A stretch of 64,000 bases of DNA from an uncultured Hungatella sp. (GTDB lineage: Bacteria; Bacillota; Clostridia; Lachnospirales; Lachnospiraceae). The stretch is taken from assembly GCA_910585435.1 (NCBI GenBank), contig CAJUEJ010000001.1:122286-186285 (forward strand), in the 5' to 3' direction. The notes under the pieces are model-generated. The model was given only the letters and a program-made list of their open reading frames with translations. It did no database searches and was not told the origin of the DNA. A program made the translations under genes and the position numbers. Positions 39,693 to 48,010 of this stretch are shown in pieces; the first letter of the stretch is position 1, and each line of letters opens with the position of its first letter.

Positions 39693-39862
39693 GTTATACC
39701 TTGTTTGTTTTGCAGTCACCTGCATATTTCAGGGTATATACACGCCCAAAGCGGCATGGAAGGGCATCCGCCGAAGATTCGATACTCCCTTCACCTCGTT
39801 AACCGGTTCTGCCCGGCTTAAAAGCCGTTCACGGTCGGCAAAAACTGGTGCATGGCGCTTAG
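39693..39862 (-). ncRNA. glmS riboswitch-ribozyme
   Basis: Minus strand AGCGCC..P1..GUUAACGAGG, P2 GAAGGG/CCCUUC, UAUCGAA..UUCGGCGGAUG, P4 with a GUGA loop; in the glmS leader. Confidence 0.92.
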
Positions 39863-39907
39863 CTTTGCTATTAGAAACCTGTGCCTCCTTAAACACAAGT
39901 TCTGTCT

Positions 39908-39937
39908 ATTATAACCCTAAGACAGAATATGCGTCAA
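39908..39937 (-). promoter_or_regulatory. glmS promoter
   Basis: TTGACG-N18-TATAAT on the minus strand. Confidence 0.65.
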
Positions 39938-40076
39938 TGAGTTGCTTCATAACTTAATGAATTGTTAATGTTTTAGCACTGTTTTTTCCGCGGGGAATGT
40001 GCTATATTTTATATTTAACAGGAAAATTGTGTAATAGCAGGGCAGCAGGGCTGTTATGAAAAGGATTAAATGACAG

Positions 40077-42203
40077 ATGAATTTGACAAAAAAGCGAAAT
40101 TACAGATGGATAGAGATTTTTTTGATGATAATCGGCGGCGGATGTTCTGTGTTTGCGTCAGAGATGTATGGTTCTGGAGACAGCGAAGGAAGCTTTCCGG
40201 TTTTTACGGCAGCAAGCATGCAAAAGGTGCAGGGATCTGTAAAAGGGGAGGAGACAGAAGCTGAGACGGAGAGAATTTTAATAGAGAATCCGGATGGGAA
40301 GGCCGGGAAAGAGAAGGGACAGGCAGTGCTAAAGAAGATAAAACAGGAGCCTTCCATCAACCGCCTGAATATGGCGTTCGTATTCCCGGAAGGGACGCTG
40401 GAGCCCATGGACAGTGCGGCGGGAAAGGTATTTTCTGCTCTTTCCAGAAAAGATGCCGAATGGATGGCAAGGGTGTACCGCATGTCTTCTCAATCCCCGG
40501 CCACAGTGGCAGCCAGTGCGGGAAAGAAACTGAAGCAGGGGGAGACGCCGGAGTCCTGGGGAAAGGTAAAGGTCTCTTTTTATGATGGGGACGGTAAGCC
40601 TATAAGCGGTTATTCCAATGCCAGGGAGATTCTGTCTGTGGCCAGTGTGTATGCATACATCCATGGGATTGAGGATGAACAGACATTTATGGACTATGCC
40701 CAGGCGTTGTGGAAGGATTCTCACAGTTACCGTTTTTCAGTCAGTGATTTTTATTATTGTGACGGAAGATGCCTGGATCAGGAGGACGAGGAGGATGAGG
40801 AGGAGATAGAAGGCGCCGTCTATGATCAGGCGGAGGAGATTCTGGGCGGGGACGGAGAGGTATCTTTGGAGCAGATGTATACGGCTCAGATGGATGCGGA
40901 ATCCATATACACAGAATCTGAAAGCTTTGCCGGGGAGGGGGAGCTGCCGGAGAGCAGGAAAAGCCAAAGCCAGGAAAGCAGTATCAGCGAGGGAGAGGTG
41001 GCGCCAGAGAATCAGGCCCAGGCAGAAAGCGGGGAGCAGGAGACCATTATTTTAGACGGGAACATCGGGGATCAAGGAGAGGCAGAGGCGCCGGAACCTT
41101 CGGAAATACCGGCGGAAGAGACTCTGGAGGAAGCCCTGGAAAATAAAAAGCCTGCAGAGAAGGAGACGAAGCGCGATTTTACGGAGCTGATTCGAAGGTA
41201 CGATGTGGAGGATTATGAGTCTCTCATGGAGACGGCAGATCCCCAGGAGGCATCAAAGCTGTATCAGATGCATGAGGCCTATTCGGATTTCAGAGAAAAA
41301 CCAAAGAAAAGCACGGCCGCTCAATCGGAAAATGAAAAGCATCCTGAAAGCTTACGGGAAACCGGGGCTTCAGCAGGGAGCGGAAAAGAGACGGACAGCC
41401 GGGAATCATCGAAAACCGGAGCAGATGTCACAGATGCCACAGCCAGAGCAGGCCAGGCATCTGAAAAGAAGAAGGGATGCCGGGGGCATGTGGATTTAAC
41501 GGTAAAAGCCTACATTACCGGTTTGAAGGAGACAAAGAATTTATTTACGAAGGACAGGATTGGCAATAAGGAGGCAGACTGGTCGGAGGGCTGGCAGGGC
41601 TGGAGTGAGGAGTATCAGGCCTATGCCAGAGAACTGGAGGCACAGGACTGGTTTGATGCCTATGGCCTGACAGTTTCCACAAGCATGTACATACGCAACC
41701 CGCTGTCAGCCTCGGAGATTTCTTACTATATGGGGCTTTTGCCGGAAGATACATCAGAGGAGAGAAAAAAGGTGATTCGCTGTGCCCTGGAATCCGTGGG
41801 AAATATTCCGTATTACTGGGGAGGAAAACCGTCAAAACCAGGATTTGACGGAAATGGATTCGGGACGGTTGTATCTCCGGACAGAAGGGGCCGCGGGCTG
41901 AGAGGGCTGGACTGCTCCGGATGGGTCAACTGGGTTTACTGGACAGCGCTGGGGGAACGTCTTCCTTATGCCAGCACCAGCGGTTTTGTCACAGGAGGAA
42001 GAAAGATTGAACGCTCCGGGATGAAGCCGGGGGATCTGATTGTAAGGACAGGAAAAGATTCCTCCCATGTAACCATGTTTTTGGCATGGGCAGAGGACGG
42101 AAGCATGTATCTGATCCACGAGGTGGGAAATTCCACCAATAATGTCACCGTAGGCCGCTATCAGTTTGACTGGCCATATTACAGAAGCTTTCTGGATAAA
42201 TAA
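40077..42203 (+). CDS. Exported NlpC/P60-domain protein with a long acidic insertion
   Basis: N-terminal signal/TM; C-terminal PYYWGG..GLDCSGWVNW..KPGDL..HVTMF..IHE. Confidence 0.8.
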   Translation: MNLTKKRNYRWIEIFLMIIGGGCSVFASEMYGSGDSEGSFPVFTAASMQKVQGSVKGEETEAETERILIENPDGKAGKEKGQAVLKKIKQEPSINRLNMAFVFPEGTLEPMDSAAGKVFSALSRKDAEWMARVYRMSSQSPATVAASAGKKLKQGETPESWGKVKVSFYDGDGKPISGYSNAREILSVASVYAYIHGIEDEQTFMDYAQALWKDSHSYRFSVSDFYYCDGRCLDQEDEEDEEEIEGAVYDQAEEILGGDGEVSLEQMYTAQMDAESIYTESESFAGEGELPESRKSQSQESSISEGEVAPENQAQAESGEQETIILDGNIGDQGEAEAPEPSEIPAEETLEEALENKKPAEKETKRDFTELIRRYDVEDYESLMETADPQEASKLYQMHEAYSDFREKPKKSTAAQSENEKHPESLRETGASAGSGKETDSRESSKTGADVTDATARAGQASEKKKGCRGHVDLTVKAYITGLKETKNLFTKDRIGNKEADWSEGWQGWSEEYQAYARELEAQDWFDAYGLTVSTSMYIRNPLSASEISYYMGLLPEDTSEERKKVIRCALESVGNIPYYWGGKPSKPGFDGNGFGTVVSPDRRGRGLRGLDCSGWVNWVYWTALGERLPYASTSGFVTGGRKIERSGMKPGDLIVRTGKDSSHVTMFLAWAEDGSMYLIHEVGNSTNNVTVGRYQFDWPYYRSFLDK

Positions 42204-42316
42204 TGTACTCTCGGAGTCTCTCTGTGCCTGATTTTGTGAGATGGTTTTTTGTCAGATGTGCATATGACGGAAAATCAGCCACAAAGGCAGGTGCAGGAGA
42301 GATTCCGAGAGTACAT
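42203..42316. repeat. ATGTAC..GTACAT palindromic element, copy 3 (longest)
   Basis: atgtactctcggagtctc pairs with gagattccgagagtacat; nested stems over about 114 nt. Confidence 0.8.
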
Positions 42317-42452
42317 AATAGTGTACAGGGGGAAAAGAACAGGATGCGATACCGTATGGGAGCCAAAGCCGTACGGGGATTAGAACGGCTTTGGAACCAG
42401 AACAGCATGGGCCAAAGGATATAAGAATGGGAATTGAAAGAGGAAAAGAGTC

Positions 42453-44165
42453 ATGGAATATCAAGATGAAGTAGAGAGAATGCGCGCCCGCAGGCAGCGC
42501 AAAAATCAGGATCCGGCAAGGCAGAGCAGTATGAGGCAGGGGAGCAGGAAAGAGCTGGAAATTATTGAGTTTGATGATTTGGAGAGACAGAGGCCATCCA
42601 GGAGGCCGTCTGGCCGTCAGGGAAATGGCATTCAGAGGAAAAGCCTTCAGGAGAAAAATTACAGCAGGGACAGGCGGTCGGAAGAGATAGCCCGCCAGGT
42701 CAGGGCCCAGAGGAAGGAGTCTGTGGCACGCCAGGCGGAGGGAAGAAGGAAAAAAAGACACAAAAAAAAGAAGGGGCCGTTTGTGCTTGTGCTTTTGCTG
42801 CTTTGCGGGCTTCTTGGAGGGCTTTTTTTCTATTTCCGGGGAGGTACTATGGGCAGCAAGTACTGGACGGTTGCTGTCTTTGGGGTGGATTCCAGAGACG
42901 GAGGGCTGGAAAAGGACAACCATTCTGATGTGGAGATGATCTGCGTGTTGAACCGGGAGACAGGGGAAATCCGCATCGTGTCTGTGTTCCGGGATACATA
43001 TATGCAGGTCAGCGAGGAAGGAAAGTATCATAAAATCAACCAGGCTTATTTTGACGGCGGACATAAACAGGCGGTGGAGGCGCTGGAGAGGAATCTGGAT
43101 CTGAAAATCGATGATTATGCCACCTTCAACTGGAAGGCAGTGGCGGATGCCATCACCATTCTGGGCGGGATCGATCTGGAGATATCCGAAAGTGAATTTG
43201 CATACATAAACGGGTTTATTACAGAGACAGTGAATTCCACCGGATTAGGTTCCTATCAGCTGGAGCATCCGGGTATGCAGCATCTGGACGGTGTGCAGGC
43301 GGTGGCTTATGCCAGGCTGCGCCTGATGGATACGGATTATAACCGGACAGCCAGACAGAGGCTGGTGATTTCACTGGCTATGGAGAAGGCAAAGCAGGCG
43401 GATTTAAAAACCCTGACTACAGTTCTCAACACAGTGCTGCCCCAGATTTCCACCAGTGTGGGGATCAATGATCTGCTGCCACTGGCAAAGAGCATAAATA
43501 AATTTCACATAGGAGAGAACGGTGGCTTCCCGTTTTCAAGAGGTGAAACGTATATTGGGAAGAAGGATTGCGTGATCCCGCTGACACTGGAAAGCAATGT
43601 GATTCAGCTGCACCAGTTTTTGTATGATGACACGGAATATCAGCCTTCTTCTGAGGTAAAGAGGATCAGCGCCCAGATTGCTGCTGACAGCGGAATGGGA
43701 GAGGTGGCAGAGAACGCCCCGGAGGCAAAGGCAGGAGGAAGCGGCGGTTCCTCTTCGGGACAATCCTCAGGGACACAGCCATCACAGACACAGCCTCCTG
43801 TGCCGGAGACATCGGCACAGGTGCCAGCAGAGACAGAACAGGATACTCTGGAGGAAAGTGTCCCTGAAGAGGGAACGGAGGAAGCCTCTTCAGAAGAGAC
43901 GGAGAGCAGCCCGGACAGCAGTGAAGGCGGGGAGAGTGAAAGCTCAGAGGAGAATGAGACACAGCCGTCTGCGATTGGCCCGGGGGCGGGGCCTGAGGGA
44001 GGCGATTCCCCCTCTGAGACCCTGTGGCCGGGATCGGATTCAGGTTCCTCAGGCGGCCCTCAGGGCCCTGGCGCGCAGCCTCAGCCTGGGGATATTTCCC
44101 AGGAGCCTGCAGGGCCTGGCGGATACACAGAGCCTGCAGGATCCGGGAATCCGGGTACTCCATGA
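42453..44165 (+). CDS. LCP (LytR-CpsA-Psr) family protein
   Basis: Arg-rich N-terminus, TM, FGVDSR, SD, SVFRDTY, KINQAY, AVAYARLR, RTARQR; Ser/Glu/Pro/Gly tail. Confidence 0.92.
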   Translation: MEYQDEVERMRARRQRKNQDPARQSSMRQGSRKELEIIEFDDLERQRPSRRPSGRQGNGIQRKSLQEKNYSRDRRSEEIARQVRAQRKESVARQAEGRRKKRHKKKKGPFVLVLLLLCGLLGGLFFYFRGGTMGSKYWTVAVFGVDSRDGGLEKDNHSDVEMICVLNRETGEIRIVSVFRDTYMQVSEEGKYHKINQAYFDGGHKQAVEALERNLDLKIDDYATFNWKAVADAITILGGIDLEISESEFAYINGFITETVNSTGLGSYQLEHPGMQHLDGVQAVAYARLRLMDTDYNRTARQRLVISLAMEKAKQADLKTLTTVLNTVLPQISTSVGINDLLPLAKSINKFHIGENGGFPFSRGETYIGKKDCVIPLTLESNVIQLHQFLYDDTEYQPSSEVKRISAQIAADSGMGEVAENAPEAKAGGSGGSSSGQSSGTQPSQTQPPVPETSAQVPAETEQDTLEESVPEEGTEEASSEETESSPDSSEGGESESSEENETQPSAIGPGAGPEGGDSPSETLWPGSDSGSSGGPQGPGAQPQPGDISQEPAGPGGYTEPAGSGNPGTP

Positions 44166-44334
44166 TTAAAGGGGGAGGTTTTTAGCAACAAAAATCCGGC
44201 CCGTCTGTCAAAAACAAACGGACCGATTAAAAAGGGGAGGATAAGTATTAATTTTCTCTGGTGTATGTCATTAGTATTGACCGGAAATGGATGGTTATAC
44301 ATGAAATACAAAAAAATTTCAGATTTTTATCTAC

Positions 44335-45210
44335 TTATCCTTTTACGCCGCCTCCGGTAACACCTGCAATGATCTTCTCCGACAGGAAAATATACAGGAT
44401 AAAGGTAGGCAGGAATACAATAACCACTGCCGCAAACATGCCGGCCCAGTCTCCGGTGTACTTCATGGAATTGATCATGGAGTAAAGTCCCACAGCGATT
44501 GGACGCAGCTTATCGGAGTTGGCAAAGATCAGGGAGATAAAATACTCATTCCAGATATTGATAAAGTTAAATATGGTTACGGTTATGATGCCTGGCTGGG
44601 CCATAGGCAGCATAATCAGCCAGAAGGTTTTGGTGGGAGGGCATCCGTCGATGGCGGCCGCCTCCTCAAAAGCCCGCGACAGGTTGCCGAAAAATGTCAT
44701 CAGGAAGATGGTGGTGTAAGGAATGTTGATGCCGATATAGAGAAAAATCAGCAAAATGGCATTGCTCATCACATGATTCAGGATTCCCAGATTGGCCACA
44801 ATGCCAAACAGCGGAAGAACGATCATAACCACCGGCACGCCCATGGCAGACACAAAGCCTGTCTGGATCAGCTTGTTTCCCGGGAATACAAACCGGGCCA
44901 GAACGTAGGCAGCCGGAGCACAGATGACAATCAAAAGGCTGCACGAGATGACAGAGTATATAAGAGAGTTTCTGAAAATCCCGGCCACATCGGAATTGAT
45001 CCATGCCTTCTCATAGTTTTCAAAATGCAGCCCTGAAGCCAGCAGCTTGTTGGAGAAAATCTCCTTGGTGGTGGAGAAGCTGGCTAACAGCACCCATCCC
45101 AGAAGAACAAAGGTGAAAGAAATCCACAGAAGCAGAATCAGGTATCCGGGGGCAAGACGAAGTTCTTTTCTCCAGTTTACCGGTTCACGGTATTTGCTTT
45201 TTTTCAACAT
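44335..45210 (-). CDS. Carbohydrate ABC transporter permease
   Basis: EEAAAIDG, WNEY, C-terminal GGVKG. Confidence 0.94.
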   Translation of the reverse strand: MLKKSKYREPVNWRKELRLAPGYLILLLWISFTFVLLGWVLLASFSTTKEIFSNKLLASGLHFENYEKAWINSDVAGIFRNSLIYSVISCSLLIVICAPAAYVLARFVFPGNKLIQTGFVSAMGVPVVMIVLPLFGIVANLGILNHVMSNAILLIFLYIGINIPYTTIFLMTFFGNLSRAFEEAAAIDGCPPTKTFWLIMLPMAQPGIITVTIFNFINIWNEYFISLIFANSDKLRPIAVGLYSMINSMKYTGDWAGMFAAVVIVFLPTFILYIFLSEKIIAGVTGGGVKG

Positions 45211-45225
45211 AATCTTCCCCTCCTT

Positions 45226-46131
45226 TTAGAATTCCAGGTCATCATCTTTCAGAAGATGGTTGCACACCCAGAAGATAGCTACCACGCAGATGCTTAGGAG
45301 AACGCCGATGGCGGCGCCCAGGCCGGAGTTCCTCTCCGTGATGCTGTTTCCTGCACCGAAGATCTGCATATACATGTAAACCATGGGGGTGATAGTCTGT
45401 GTGTCCGCCGTAACGGTGGAAAACAGCTGAGACCACACGAAGAAGCCCACACTGGTAACACTCCACATGGTAATGTTCGTCTTAAAAACACCCTTTAACA
45501 GAGGAAGCGTGATATAACGGAACTGATTGAATTTGTTGGCTCCGTCCAACGTGGCGGCCTCAAAATAATCGGCGCTGATGCGCTCAATGCCGCTGGCAAA
45601 AATAAGCATGTGATATCCAACCATTCCAAAACAGTAGGCAAGTAAAAGAGCAGCAAATTTGTGGTCATTGTCCAGCCACTGAACCTTGGCTAAGCTTGTA
45701 AGGCCCAGATTGGAAAAAACGGTTTTTAAGAGGCCGAACTTGGGGCTGTATACATACTGAAGCCACATGGTAGCCAGGGCAACGGCACTGACGATATTGG
45801 GCAGATAGATAACCGCCCGGAAAAAGCTTTTAAAGCGGATTCCGCTGGTGATGATGACAGCAAACAAAAGAGCCAGAGACATAACGATAAGGCCTCCGAA
45901 AAGCCAGATCCGAAGCAGATTCCACATGGAGATACGGAACAAACTGGTATTGGCTAACTTCACAAAGTTATCCAGGCCTGTAAACTGCCATTTAGCTACC
46001 GGGTCCGTGATTCCGTCGATCCTGAAAAAGCTCATGATAATGGTGCGGATGATGGGATATAGGAAAATAATAGAAAATATCAACACTGCCGGAGCTAAAA
46101 ACAGTATGATCATGCCTTTATTTCGTTTCAT
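45226..46131 (-). CDS. Carbohydrate ABC transporter permease
   Basis: FTGLDNF, FFRAVIYLP, EAATLDGA..QFRYITLPLL. Confidence 0.94.
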   Translation of the reverse strand: MKRNKGMIILFLAPAVLIFSIIFLYPIIRTIIMSFFRIDGITDPVAKWQFTGLDNFVKLANTSLFRISMWNLLRIWLFGGLIVMSLALLFAVIITSGIRFKSFFRAVIYLPNIVSAVALATMWLQYVYSPKFGLLKTVFSNLGLTSLAKVQWLDNDHKFAALLLAYCFGMVGYHMLIFASGIERISADYFEAATLDGANKFNQFRYITLPLLKGVFKTNITMWSVTSVGFFVWSQLFSTVTADTQTITPMVYMYMQIFGAGNSITERNSGLGAAIGVLLSICVVAIFWVCNHLLKDDDLEF

Positions 46132-46154
46132 CCCGGTTTCCCCCTTTCATTAAT

Positions 46155-46185
46155 AAAAGGCGGCAGCGAATCCTGCCGCCTTTTT
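46155..46185. terminator. Intercistronic hairpin/terminator after the SBP gene
   Basis: aaaaggcggcag/ctgccgcctttt. Confidence 0.75.
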
Positions 46186-46219
46186 AGTTTTTGCTCTTCC
46201 GGCACTGCCGGAGAAATTA

Positions 46220-46386
46220 TTAGTACTGACTTGCGGAAATAACGGTGAATTAAGTGCCTGATGTCTGCGTCATCTGTGCGTCTGCAAAGCGACGGCGTAG
46301 TGGTGCCTACGTCTAGCTTTGCAGGCGTGCAGAGGGCGTAGGCAGCGGGTGCTTAATTCACTGGAATTTCCGCAAGGCAGTACTAG
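46220..46386. mobile_element. MITE-like long palindrome flanked by TA
   Basis: TA-gtactgacttgcggaaat .. atttccgcaaggcagtac-TA; self-complementary over about 165 nt; one TA lies in the SBP stop codon. Confidence 0.75.
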
Positions 46387-47729
46387 TTTCCTGCCTTCTT
46401 CAGTGCGTCCACGAATCCCTGAGCATCCACGCTGCCGCCGCAGAGCTTTAAGAAGTTCTCCTTGATAATAGGAGTCATATCGGCATTGGCCTCAGCACCT
46501 GCTGCCCACGGATAACGGGTGGTCATGCTGTCCATAACCGGTTTTACACAGGAGATCAGTGCAGGCCACTCGGTGTTGTTGGAGTCTGCCGGGATACCGA
46601 TAGACAGCTCAGAAAGCATCTTGTCAAATTCACCCTGGGTGATGTAGCAGATCAGCTTAAATGCGTTCTCTGCATTCTGGGAATCCTTGTTGATAGCCAG
46701 AACCTGAGCACCGTAGTTTGCTGCATCCACGCCGTCGGTTCCGCCGTCTACTGCCGGATAGCTGAAGCATCCCCATACAAAGTCATCCCCTGCCATATCC
46801 TTTACTTCGTTGGGCAGCCAGGAGCCGTTTAAGTACATAGCGGCTGTTCCCATAGCCAGTTCCTGATTCTGGCCTGCAGGCCATACATTGGAGGCGATGG
46901 TCTCGGAGAAGTATCCCTTGCTTGCAAAATCAGCATATGCCTCTGCCGTAGCGATAACCGCCGGGTCATCCCACTGGCCGCCCTTGACGATCTCTTCGGT
47001 CTTGGGCTCGCCTACCAGTCTGGACATATGGTAACCGAACATACAGGTAATGTAAGCGTCATCACAGGTGATAGGAGTGTAGCCGGCTTCCTTGATCTTT
47101 GCACAAGCCTCATCCAGTTCGGCCCATGTGGTAGGAACGCTGGTTACGCCTGCCTCGTCAAAAATAGCCTGATTGTAGAAAAATGCAAATACATTGGGCT
47201 GATAAGGAATGGATTTTAAGGAGCCGCCCCCTACTTCACGGCAGGCTGCGATTAAGCCTGCATTGGCTGTGGCTTCATAGTCAGCCGCCTTTGCCAGGTC
47301 CTCCAGATCCATAAGATACTGGCCCCAGGTAGTATTCACACGGTCAATATCCTCGTCGAACAAATCAATGTTGGTTCCTGCGTCAAGTGCCGGCTGCAGT
47401 CCCTCACGGATACCGGTACGGCCCTTAAACTGCAGATCCACAGCGATGCCGGTGTCCTCCACAAACTTGTCAACCGCCGCCTGAATCGCCTGGCCCTGGG
47501 GCTCCGTAGCCTCCCACATGGACCAGTATACCAGGCTGCCGCCGTCTCCGGCAGGCTCCTTGGCCTCCTCTGAGCCGCCGTCTGCCGGCGCCGCCGCGGT
47601 TGTGGTCTCTGCCGGCGCTGCTGCCGCTGTCGTGGTGGTGGTTCCTGCATCCTTGCTGCCACCGCCGCATGCAGTCAGGGAAACTGCCATTGCAGATGCC
47701 AGTACCAGTGACATAATTTGTTTCTTCAT
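46383..47729 (-). CDS. Sugar ABC transporter substrate-binding lipoprotein
   Basis: Lipobox LTAC, Thr/Ala linker, YWSMW, FFYNQAIF, MYLNGSWL; RBS gaggagg. Confidence 0.93.
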   Translation of the reverse strand: MKKQIMSLVLASAMAVSLTACGGGSKDAGTTTTTAAAAPAETTTAAAPADGGSEEAKEPAGDGGSLVYWSMWEATEPQGQAIQAAVDKFVEDTGIAVDLQFKGRTGIREGLQPALDAGTNIDLFDEDIDRVNTTWGQYLMDLEDLAKAADYEATANAGLIAACREVGGGSLKSIPYQPNVFAFFYNQAIFDEAGVTSVPTTWAELDEACAKIKEAGYTPITCDDAYITCMFGYHMSRLVGEPKTEEIVKGGQWDDPAVIATAEAYADFASKGYFSETIASNVWPAGQNQELAMGTAAMYLNGSWLPNEVKDMAGDDFVWGCFSYPAVDGGTDGVDAANYGAQVLAINKDSQNAENAFKLICYITQGEFDKMLSELSIGIPADSNNTEWPALISCVKPVMDSMTTRYPWAAGAEANADMTPIIKENFLKLCGGSVDAQGFVDALKKAGN

Positions 47730-48010
47730 AAATAATATCCTCCTCATTGTTTTGTCGCATTGTAACGATTCCGCTTTCTGCTTCCTGGTTACGATGCATA
47801 TGTGTCTGTTGCTGCTGTATTTAGTATAGTAAATATGCACAGGAAAATATTTACATAATCAGCCATTATATTTGTACATTAGGATAAATATGGTGAAATT
47901 GCATATATATTCGCCGATTTCCAGCAATACAATACATGTTTTTGACTATGCTTTTTGAAACAAATTCTGTCGTGAAATGAATTTTCACCAATCCCCGGAT
48001 GTTGGGAATA

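Noticed and set aside
42252..44169. Several 160-270-aa alternative ORFs over the LCP gene
   Set aside because: By-products of low-complexity Arg- and Pro/Gly-rich coding
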